Origin: Callorhinchus milii
Taxonomy: Eukaryota
Length of the DNA: 64,000 bases
Assembly: GCF_018977255.1 (NCBI RefSeq)
Contig: NW_024704769.1
Coordinates: forward strand, 3,782,001 to 3,846,000
Direction: 5' to 3'
Of the stretch, positions 46,365 through 57,600 are shown piece by piece. The position numbers were made by a program, and so were the translations under genes. Below the pieces are notes generated by a model. It had not been told where the DNA came from. It made no database searches and was given only the letters and a program-made list of their open reading frames with translations. The first letter of the stretch is position 1, and every line of letters starts with the position of its first letter.

Positions 46365-49300
46365 TCAAGCATTCCTTTCCCAAGGTGCAATATAGTCCAG
46401 TTCAAGGTGAGCAAAGATCTCTTCTTCTGCAGCAGCGGAGAAGTATTCATTCTGAGAATGTAAGTGAGGAAAATTACACAACATCTTCTGATTTTTTTAA
46501 TTAAAGGCTTAATAGTAATAGTAATAATAATAATATTCTCTCTGGGACGCTGCTCTGCGTGAGGGGCGCTGTGAAAATGCAAGTTGTTACCTGCTGGGGG
46601 TGGTACAAGGCGTGGCTGGTCAGAATCATGTGCTTGCAGTTCTTTGCGTATCTGCGGAGTTCTCGTTCAAAGAGCTAAAGGGGGAGAAATCAGAGAGTGA
46701 TTGGAACAAAATCAGAGTCGAGAGCAGTTTATTCTACGATGATCATTGTATGATTAAAACAACTTTCATTTACAGCTTAGTAACAGAGTAATCGGAGTGT
46801 TTCACAGGGATGGAGTTCTGCAGCTCAGTAGTTAGAGAGCTCGCCTCGCAGGCGAGTGGATCTGGATTTCGATTCCCGGGCAAAACGAAACGTGGAGCAA
46901 GTTTCCTTACTCCACACACACGCCTCTGCTTACCGAGCAGTAAGTGGGAACCCAGTTGTTAGTCGATTGGCGGATCATTTTCTGGGCGTAATAAAAAAGA
47001 TGTGGTCACTCAATCCACGACCATTTGTGGGGACGCTGCTGTGCACAATTGGCTGCCGTGTTTCACCCACAAAATATACAGTCGCTACACTTTACAATGT
47101 ATTCTGTGAAGCGCTTTGAGACGTCTCAATGACGCGATATCAAATGCAAGTACAGTACTGTTATCAATATAATTCCTGAGAGACTGGGTTACTCACAGCT
47201 CAAGCAGAATCTTACAGAGAGAGAGAGAGAGAGAGAGAAGCATCTCTGCCTCAGTGCTGTGCTGTCCCCATCCATCCCACACTGACCTGGGAGCCGGTCC
47301 ATCCCAACAATGCGTAGGCGAACTGGCTGATAGGAACGATGACCAGATCCACTCGCACAGCTTTCCAGTGTTTGTCCTCAGGCCTGTGGCCAGCACCCTG
47401 GCCCCCAGCACCCTGGCCCCCAGCACCCTGCCCTCCCTCTCGGGAGTCATTGCCAGACACAGCAGCGTTCACCGGCTCCTGGTTCAGCTTCACGATGGTG
47501 AAACATCTCTCAAAGTGATCGAACTTGCTGGTTTCCTGCTTCCTGCACTTCTGGTAACTGTTCCCAATCTCGTCACTGTACAGCATCAGGCCCTGAGAGA
47601 AACAGAACGTAAAACTGTGACTTTAAGCTACTTCACAGGATACACTGTAAAGTTAATCGACTGTATATTTTGTGGGCGAAACGCGGCAGCCAATTGCTCA
47701 CAGCAGCGTCCCCACAAACAGCCGTGGATTGAGTGACCAAATTATTATTTGGAGGGATTATTACCCCTGGAAAGCGATCCCCCAATCGCCTAACACCCGG
47801 GTTCCTACTGACTGCTGGTAAACAGGGGTGTGTGTGTGCAGTAAGGAAACTTGCCTGAGGTTGCACTCTGACGGGAATTGAACCCAGGTCTTCTCACTTG
47901 CGAAGCGAGTGCTCTAACCACTGAGCTACAGGACATGATAGCTTGATGATGGGTTGTGTCTGAATGTCTGAGGCCTACCTGGCTGGCCATGTGCTGAATC
48001 ACTTTGGTAACCAGACCCTTTTCCTTGCCTTCCTCTGGGTGAGTTATTAGGAAATCCACATCATGGCCGGTTTCCTTCCCTCTGCAGAGCAGAATATCAA
48101 ACAATTGACATTGATAAAAGCACCTTTCAGATCGAGCTTGGGGTGGGGTGGGGGGGAGGGAAAGGTGACCAAAAGCCTGGTCAAAGAGTAGGTCTTGAGA
48201 TGGACCTTCAGTCGTGGACTTAGTAACCAAATAATTTGTTTATTTATTCATATTGTGAAGGGATTATTACCCGCTAGAAAGCGATCTGCCAATCAACTAA
48301 CAACCAGGTTAGTACTTACTGCTGGGGAAACAGAGGCGTGTGTGTGGAGTAAGGAAACTTGCCTAATGTTTCGCCCTGCCCGGGAATCGAACCCAGGTCC
48401 TCTCACTGGCGAGGCGAGGGCTCCAACCGTTAAACTACAGGATGGAGACAATCTGCGACTATATATCTGGGCGACTCGATTCAGAATGTGTGGTTGGCAA
48501 AAACAAACCGTGTGTTGATGAGACTGATTTACAGCCTCCACAACAACACGACTGAGTGCCCCAGTTATAGCTCGAAGGATGTCTGTTGCAGCATTGCTCA
48601 GGGCCACGCATGAATGTGGAAATAACTGGCCACATGCAGCACTGTGTGTGTGTGTGTGTGTGTGTGTGTCTGTGTGTATATACACCCTATTTCAGTCAGA
48701 CCACGCTCCAGTGCTTCCTCTTTGCTAATATGATGAATGATTCTCTTCTACACATCCCTGCACCCTCTGGCACCTCTCTACCTCTCTGACCTGCTTTCTC
48801 CCCAGGCCACTGTCAAGCGCTCCGAGACGCTGCCCGGTGAAGGGCGCTGTGTAAATGCAAGTTGTTGTTGAAGTTACATTGTCTTACCTTCTAAAGCCAC
48901 CTGCTAAGGTGATAACAGCACCGGGTAAATATCTATACACGGCTTCCTCTACAGTCTTTCTGATCATATCGGCCTCTGCTCTCGTTACTGGTGTTGTGAG
49001 GTCTTCATAATACTGTAACCCTAGGGAAATAGGTGAGGTTAGCAAACAGGGTAAAGGGACTAACAGTGCTGAGGTTAACTGTGGCCTTTCTGCTTGATGA
49101 AGTCCCTGATATCAACTAACCAGCCCAGACTGAGGATCAAATTTCCAACCGCACTTGTGATCCTGTGATCTTTCAGGCTTTTGCCTCTGAGCCCAAATAA
49201 TAATATATAATATAACAATTCTTGCATTTGATAAAGCGCCTCATCACGTCTTCGAGACGTCTCAAAGCGCTTCACAGGATACACCGTAAAGTGAATTAAC

Positions 49301-52300
49301 TGTATAATAATAATAATCCTTGCATTTTGCACAGCGCCTTTCACATCAGGACATCCCAAAGCGCTTCACAGGAATACACTGCAACGTGTAGTGACTGTGT
49401 ATTTTTGTGGACAAACCACCAGTTTGCACACAGCACTGTCCCACAAACAGCCGTGGAGTGAGTGACCAATTTTATTGAGGGGATTGTTGGCCAGGACACC
49501 GGGTGAGAGAGAAACTCCTTTCGGGAGATCTTTAACGACCACCTGAACAGAGCACGGACGGGGAGTGAGGTTTAACATCTCATCCGAAGGATGACGTCTC
49601 CGACAATGCAACACCGCTCCTCCCCATCGCTGTCACAGAGTGCTAAGATATCCTAACCTGCCTCCTTGCACTCTTACCTACTTGCTGCTCTTTAGTAAAT
49701 CTGATTTGTGATGCTCTGAGATCAGCCAGTGTTTGATGCTGTTCCTTGTACCACTTCTCGGCCGTTTTCACTCCAACCCCAAAGATGCTGGTGAAGAGCT
49801 ACAAGAACAGAGGGAAAGACCGCGTATTGTTAAGAGTTCGCCTGACGCCAACGCACACCCCTGGCGCCAACGTGGTGTCACGTACCGTTAGAGTTTGGTA
49901 TCGCTGGCTCTGTGTCACACTCTCAACTTCCTGGCAAACTCCGTCTTCGAGGATTTCCTGGGCAGAGAAAATGGGAGTGAATAACTTTGTACCAGATCCT
50001 TCACCTCCTTACCTCTCCCACCTCATTACTCCCCAACCCACCACCCACTGCCCCTGCTCGGCTGGCTCTGGCCTGCTACTTGTCCCTCATCCCCTCAGCT
50101 CCACCGCCGGTTCTTCTGCCGATTATCTTAAACCTGTGACCCACTCGCCAGAGGAAGCAGCTTCTTATTACTTAGCAACTTACTTGTTTACTTATGGCCT
50201 TGCTGCCCGCACGTGAGAGGACCTGGGTTCGATTCCCAGGCAGGGCGGAACAACATGTGCTTGCATTCATTACCTCAATGACCTTCCTGCAGTGTTCTCC
50301 CAGGCCAGGGAACCCACGCAGACTGTCCACGCTGGTCACAGCGTAAGGCAGAGACTTCAGGATGGAGCTGACCCTGGTGAAGGCCAGATACCGACCGACG
50401 CTCTCATAATACTCTGCATTTTCTGCCAATATCTTCAACGCGTCCTGTACAAAATCGTGAAGAGGGTCACTTTAAACAGGAGTTTTCCTTAATGTACCCC
50501 AATTGTTCAGTATTTCTCTGCTGTCAGCTGTGGAGTCCTATAGCTCAGCGGTTGGAGCACTCGCCTCGCATGTGGGAGGACCTGGGTTTGATTTCCAGGT
50601 CAAGGCGAAAAATTAGGCAAGTTTCCTTTACTCCACACACACGCCTCTGTTTCCCCAGCAGTCACGAGGAACCAGGTTATTAGTCGATTGGCGGATCGCT
50701 TTTCCATGGGTAATAATCCCTTCAAAATAAATAATTAAACAACTAAATGAATTAATAATTTGGTCACTCAATCCATGACTGTTTGTAGGGACACTGCTGT
50801 GCATAATTGGCTGCCGTGTTTCACCCACAAAATATACAATCAAATCACTTTACGGTGTACTCTGTGAAGCGCTTTTGTAATAAGGAGCTACATCAAATGC
50901 AAGAATTATTATTATTAGATTGATGAGATAAGTCCTATGGTTATGAAACCACCTGACAGCAGGGAAGAGAATGAGGGGTTAATCCCTCCTGAAGGAGAAC
51001 GACAAACCTCCTTCACCCTGGGAGAGGAGACCAAAGACAGGACCATTACCGTGAGCACTTTGTTGTGATTGTTCAGTGTGGTTCTCCGTTGACAGGCGTA
51101 GGTGGGGATGGCAGCTGAACTGGCACCAGCGCTGAAGACACTCTTCACCTAAAGAGCAAACGCGACAGCAATGGTAACGCACAGTGCTTTAGACAACCTG
51201 CAATCGGCTTTCTCACTAAAAGATCCTGTCAATTAGCACTGAACCGCCAGCTTTTGAGAGCAGCGGCCCATCTGCACAGACACGGGAATGTAATTGAATG
51301 TGTGTCAGCCTGACTCAGGGGTTGTGGGTTCAGACCCCCCCCATGTCAGGCCTTGGAATCACATAGTCTAAGCTGACTCCGCTGTAGCGCTGGGGGGGGG
51401 TTGTTGCATTGTCGGGAGGTGAGACATAAAACCGAGTTCCCATCTCCAGGTTCAGGAGGATGTTAAAGACCCTGTAGCTCTGTTGGAAAGGGCAGAGGGA
51501 GGGAGGAGGTGACCGAGTACCTGAAGTCGATGGCGGGTTTCAATCTCCAAGAGCCTCCCGGCTCCCATACTGTCCGTGAACCATGTGATGTCCACCAGAG
51601 CGGCCGCTGACAATCTCTCTCCACTAACCGTGCTCTGTTTCTCCACGAACGCCAACACCTCATCCCCAGAATTATTCTCAGACACAATGTGGGTAACTGA
51701 TTCGCTGTGGGGGGGGGGGGGGAGGGAGGGGCGGAGTGGGGGAAAGAAGAGATAAACGTCATCTTACTTCAAGGTTTTGTTAATGTAATAATAATAATCC
51801 TTCGCCTTTGATACTGTGCTTTTTACATGTGGTGTCCTGCAGCTCCGGGTTCGATTCCCAGGTGGGGGCCAACCACTGCGCTGGTTTCCTTATGCGCCTG
51901 TGTTTACCCGGCAGTGAGCAGGAGCCCGGTCACTAGTCGACGGGCGGATGGATCGCCTTTCCGGGGGTAACAACGCCTCGGGGGGGGGGAAGGGGGAAAG
52001 AAGCGAGTCCACGACTGTCCGTGGGACGCTGCTGTGCGCGTTTCGCCCACAGTGTATACAGTCGCTCTGCTTTTATGTCAGACGCCTCTGAGACGCCTCA
52101 AGGACATAAGGCGCTGTGCTCAGTGCAGGGATTATTATTAGATGATTATTAGAAGTGACCCAGGAGGGCAGGGCAGGGAGGGCGGGGGGGGGCGCGGGGC
52201 GGGCAAGGCGGGGGGGCAGGGAGGGCAGGGCAGGGAGGGCAGGGCAGGGAGGGCAGGGTAGGCACGGGGGGGGGGGCAGGGAGGGCAGGGCAGGGGGGCA

Positions 52301-52742
52301 GGGCAGGGCAGGGCAGGGGGGGCAGGGCAGGGAGGGCAGGGGGGCAGGGAGGGCAGGGCAGGGGGGCAGGGGGGGCAGGGCAGGCAGGGCAGGGCAGGGG
52401 GGCAGGGCAGGGAGGGCAGGGGGGCAGGGCAGGGGGGCAGGGAGGGCAGGGCAGGGGGGGCAGGGCAGGGAGGGCAGGGGGGCAGGGCAGGGGGGCAGGG
52501 AGGGCAGGGGGGCAGGGAGGGCAGGGCAGGGAGGGGGGGGGACCCCCTCTCTCTCACCTGAGCTCAGTGTCCACCCTGAAGCCCTTGTTTCTGGCCAACT
52601 GTGTGAGGAGCGCTCTCCTGCTCTTCCCCATTCTCCTCTCCACCAGGTACATGGCGGCCCGGGGGGGGGAGGGGGGGGGAGGGGGGGGCACAGCTCCAGC
52701 ACAGGCGGCTTTGTGCCTCTTGTTGCGGGGCCGCTCGGCCAT
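46365..52742 (-). CDS. POLM: DNA polymerase mu (family X, BRCT plus polymerase core), 11 exons, 514 aa
   Basis: Exons (minus) 52742-52558, 51704-51521, 51148-51050, 50444-50274, 49957-49886, 49798-49678, 49020-48888, 48081-47979, 47592-47287, 46674-46591, 46451-46365 total 1545 nt in frame. Motifs [38 protein letters not shown]|[46 protein letters not shown] favoured over DNTT by these residues and by linkage to H2AZ2. Confidence 0.86.
52160..52540. repeat. (GGGCA)n-based G-rich tandem repeat in POLM intron 1
   Basis: About 380 nt of gggca/gggagggca/ggggggca units. Confidence 0.95.
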
Positions 52743-53097
52743 CCCGAGCCGGTGGGTGGGTCGGTGGGTCGGTGGGTGGGTACCGGGTCCCGCAGCCTCG
52801 ACTGTCCGGAAAACAGGCACCGAGAGGCGGACCCGCGGGTCAACCTCTTCCGCTGTGGACAGCAGCGCCTCTCCGGCAGATACGAGGCTTAAAGCCCAGA
52901 GACGCCCTCAGACCCCCACACCCCGAGACCCCCCCCACCCCCTACCCCCCACCCCCGGGGGGCGGTCAATACCTCCTCAGCCATCAGCAACAACAACAAC
53001 AACAACAACATCAGCTTCTCCCACAGAGCCCTCCCTGCGGAGTGGCCGCGACCCCCTCCTTTGAGACGTCACGAAGACGCGATCGGCCGTCGTTATC

Positions 53098-53427
53098 GTA
53101 ATAATAATAATAATAATAATAATCCTTGCATTTGATATAGCGCTTTTCACGTCAGGAGGACGTCCCAAAGCGCTTCACAGAACACACTGTAAAGTGAAGT
53201 GACTGTATATTTGTGGGTGAACGCGGCGGCCAATTGCGCACAGCAATGTCCCACAAACAGTCGTAGATTGAAGATGACCAATTTATTATTGTTTTTGGTT
53301 TTGGAGGATTATTATTAGGCTCTGTGTGGAGTAAGGAAACTTGCCCGAGGTTTCGCCCTCTGCCTGGAATTGAACTCAGGTCTCTCACTCGCAAAGCGAG
53401 TGCTCTAACCACTGAGCTACAGGACTC
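53098..53427 (-). mobile_element. SINE family A young subfamily copy
   Basis: Reverse complement nearly identical to 15008-15328, including the same internal deletion. Confidence 0.9.
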
Positions 53428-53597
53428 CGAATGACAATAATAATGATAATGACGGTGGAGTCCCGACGACAGTTGCCGCGAGTCGCTTGGCACGACTTCC
53501 TGTGAAGGGCAGCGGGTCCGCAGTTACATAATAAAATACATCAATAATAACCCTGGGACGTCCTGCCGACGTGAAAAGCTCTATATCAAATGCAAAG

Positions 53598-53634
<37 letters not shown>

Positions 53635-54603
53635 GCCTCAGCGCCTTATCGCGGCTTCTCAAAGCGCTTCGCAGAACACGCTCCAGGGTGTAGTGACTGT
53701 GTACTGTGTGGGTGACACGCAGCAGCCACCTGCGCGCAGCAGCGTCCCCGCAAAAGGAATGATTTAGTTCCGTGAAGGGATTGTTACCCCCGGAAAAACG
53801 ATCAGCCAATCGACTCTCACCCCCGGAAAGGGCAGGTAACTGGGACTGTGACAGGATTGCTCCTTAAAAGACATCAGTAATAATAATAATAATCCTTGCA
53901 TTTGATGTAGCGCCTTATCCCGCCTTTGAGACGTCTCAAAGCGCTTCACAGAATATGCTGTAAAGCGTAGTGACTGTGTATTTTGTGGGCGAAACACGGC
54001 AGCCAATTGCGCACAGCAGCGTCCCCACAAACAGCCGTGGACTGAGTGACCAAATTATTACTATTTTTTGTATACAAGGAGCTATATCAAATGCAAGGGT
54101 TATTATTATTATTACGGTCTTGTCTTTTGTAAGATGATAATATTTTTTAAAAATCCTTACGTATGAGAGAGTCCTGAAACCTGGCACTTCAGTGCGGGGT
54201 AATAAGATCACAGGGGGATGGATTTAAATCCCTTCCAAGTTAAACACTATTGGCCAATTCTGAACAAGGCTACAAGACAGAGAGCCAATGTAGAGAGTGT
54301 TCATTGGGCCAGTGATGTGTCTGTTGCACTACCTTCCAATTGCCTGGTTGAAAAATGTGAGCGCACACCGCTTCCTGGGGCAGAGAGTCCGAAAGTTAAG
54401 AGAGAGTTTAGGAGAGTTAGGTTCAAAGTGTGTGCGTGGTGGGGGGGGNAAGCGGATTGAAGAGCAGGCAGTGGGCACCAGCTGCTCACCACCTCCAGCA
54501 AACACCTGGCTCTTCCCTACCCATCCCTCACCTGCCTCACCCGGTCCTGTCCCACCTTACGAACGGTGGAGTTAGTTGACTGACTCTTAAGCTGAGGGAC
54601 AAA

Positions 54604-57600
54604 ATGAAATCGCCTCTGGTAACCTTGTTACTGCTGTGCTGTCAGGCGGGACAGCATCTGTGTGCCCTCAAGAACATCCTTCTGATCCTGACTGATGACC
54701 AGGACTTGCAGCTGGGAGGGATGGTGAGTATAATACTGACTTATACTGGGGGCAGGAGATAGGGGGCTGGGGAGGGGAGTGGGGAGGGAATGGGGAGAGA
54801 GGAACAATCAGGGAAATGCTAAAGGGAGAATTGCTGAAGAACCAGAGTGAGTGATAATAATTATAATAATCCTTGCATTTGTGTAGTCACGTTGTTGATC
54901 TGTCTCAAAAGTGTGGTGACTGTGTCATTTGAATGAAAGCCGATCTGTACGGCAAATCGAAGAACAACAGAAAATGAGTACTGTGCAGTAGTTCCTATTC
55001 AGACTTTGCCTCCTTATAAGTGAGTTTATTGTTAAAAAGTTTGAGAAACTTGTGCGATGAGTTACAATAAACCTTCCATTTGGTATAACGCCTTATCACG
55101 TCGTTGAGACGTTTCAAAGCGCTTCACAGAATAGACTGTAAAGTGAATTGACTGTGCATTTTGTGGGTGAAACATAGCAGCGTCCCCACAAACAGCCGTG
55201 GATTGAGTGACCAATTTTCTTTTTGGTGGGATTATTACTCCCAGAAAACGATCCGCCAATTGACTAACAACTGGGTTCCAACTTACCATAATAATGGTGA
55301 CGGTGATATTAATGGTTACCATATTAATAGCCAGAGTTACCATATTAATGATCTAATGATTGATCATGTGTTGGCCTGTGGAATACTTTCACCGCGCTTT
55401 GCAGTAAAATCATGTGAGGCGTCCTCCCGATGTTATTATTACGCAAGATCATAAATCACATGAAAGAATTTGCATTTCAAAAGCAAATCAGATAGTGTTC
55501 TTTTGGGAAATAATATCGCAGGATACAGTATACAGTTTGGGACATGACATCTCAAGTGATTGCCAGAATGGTGGAATAATATTTATTATTATATATTATT
55601 ATAAGTCATGTCCCAAACTATACACTGTATCCCCAGATATCATTTCCAAACAGAAATCTATTTCATTTGCTTTTGAAAGAATCAATGCTTTCGGCTTCCA
55701 CTGTCACCCTAGGAACCCATTCAATACATTTACCAGCTCCCTCAATGAAATAGTGTTTCCGCAGATCTCTTCTGAATTCCCCCCCATTCAATCGCAGGCC
55801 CTGTCATCTGGTTCTACTGTTCAGTACAAGATAAAACAGCTTATCATGTTCTACATTATAATTGTAATAATAACAATCCTTGCATTTGATATAGCGCCTT
55901 ATCACGTCTTCGAGACGTCTCAAACCGCATCACAGGATACGCTGTAAAGTGAATTGACTGTACATTTTGTGGGTGAAACATGGCAGTCAATTGGGCACTG
56001 CAGCGTGGTTTGGAGAAAAGTTTGTAAGCAGTTTGTAAGATTAATTTCCGTTCTCGTGGTGTGTGCGTGTGTCCTTATGGCAAGTGGCCTTCAGCATGAC
56101 AGCATGTGTCACAACAAGCTCACTGTTCCTCTTTTTGTATGAAGCTTCTGACGTGCGGATTAGGCAAACTTGCCCAACGTCTCGCCCCGTCTGGGGATTG
56201 AACCCAGGTCCTCTTGCTTGCGAGGCGAGTGCTCTAGCCACTACGCTACAGGACTCCATAATAAATCTCCAACGGTCTACTCCCTCACCACATCGCTACT
56301 GTGAATCATATTGCTGATTTTCCTTGCTATCTTGCATTGTTAAAGCACCGAGACCCACCGTGTGGCTCAGGAGTGTTCCAGTCCATGTGAAGGATGGAGC
56401 CTTGGGGAAATGAGCCAAGTTGATTATAGTCTTGACATCTGGTTAGTGGAGGCCTGGGGTCTAGTCACGTTGACTTTCTCCAGAGTCCTGCCTCCTCTCT
56501 GGCTGAGTAAAGAACAGACAAGCCAGCAGTAGCTTTGCTAACTGCAATACGTTAAGGCAGGGTGGGCCAACTGGTGGCTTGTAGGTCGCATAGGGCATCC
56601 GGCCCTCAGCAGCCAAAAGGTACCCCCCCCCCCAGGGATGGTGGTGCAGTGGCTCAGGCAGTGGAGGAACCATTTTGTCTCTGCCAGAATTTAGTGTTTC
56701 CATTGGTGGCTGTGGTGATGCATCCAACAGGAACATGGATGGTCTTAGCACTGTTTCTGCAGTTGGGCCTGATATTGGTTCTAGGATCGAGCTGTAAAAT
56801 GTTCAGGGGTGTGTGATCGGTCTTGGGGGAGGTGAGCCATTTGTTTACAAGAGGCATTTTGTCCACTGATAAAATGTCTCACTCCATTCCTCACTCGCTT
56901 TGTAATCGTTCCCTGCCTCTGAGTTCCTCAGTTACCTCGGAGTGAGTTTGTGCTGCTTAAACGTGTGACTCCGTCAATGCATTGATTGTTTGAGCTGCTG
57001 CTCAAAGGGTTTCAGGTTCCTTTGTAGTTGGAGGTTCTTATTATAGGGAACTGGTAATTAGTGATGACTTGAGCTCCAGGTCAACAACCTCAGCTCCAGT
57101 TACCACAAAGCCCTCCTCAACCTGTCTGTCACTCAAGGCATTGACCCTGGACTGCCGGTGACATAGTTTACAACCTCCATTTGTTGTTGTATTCAGGTTA
57201 TCCTAAAGATAGCTGAACCTGACAGAGGCACAGTTTTGCAACACAATGTTACTATAGTAATTTCAAGTGGTCGTTAAAGATCTCCTGTGGCACCATTTGA
57301 AAAGAGGAGTCTCTCTCTTGGTGTCCTGGCCGACAATCCCCCAAATAAAATGGTCACTCGCTCCATGGCTGTTTATCGGACGCTGCTGTGTGTAAATTGG
57401 CTGCTGCGTTTTGCCCACAAAATACAGTCACTCCACTTTACAGTGTATCGTGCGACCTGTGTTGTTTGTGTGGAGGTTGAAGAGGCTGTTTATATTCTCG
57501 GGGGCACATGGTCAGGGCCTGTGGAGGGCTGCCAGACTTGCTGTGTCTCCCCGACCTGCAAGATAACTTCCAGTTTACCGTTACAATTAAAGTCTATTTC

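Noticed and set aside
46365-52742. Assignment as DNTT (TdT)
   Set aside because: Diagnostic GEH, ITHP, FER, SQF, ELRR and xSH residues and linkage to H2AZ2 favour POLM, though not conclusively without a tree.
52073-53064. Long Pro/Cys-rich or Gly/Arg-rich ORFs, collagen- or keratin-like
   Set aside because: Artefacts of the (GGGCA)n array in POLM intron 1.
54440-54455. N bases (22602, 54449) and long G/C homopolymers
   Set aside because: Sequence-quality features. Homopolymer lengths, including within POLM exon 1, should be treated as uncertain.
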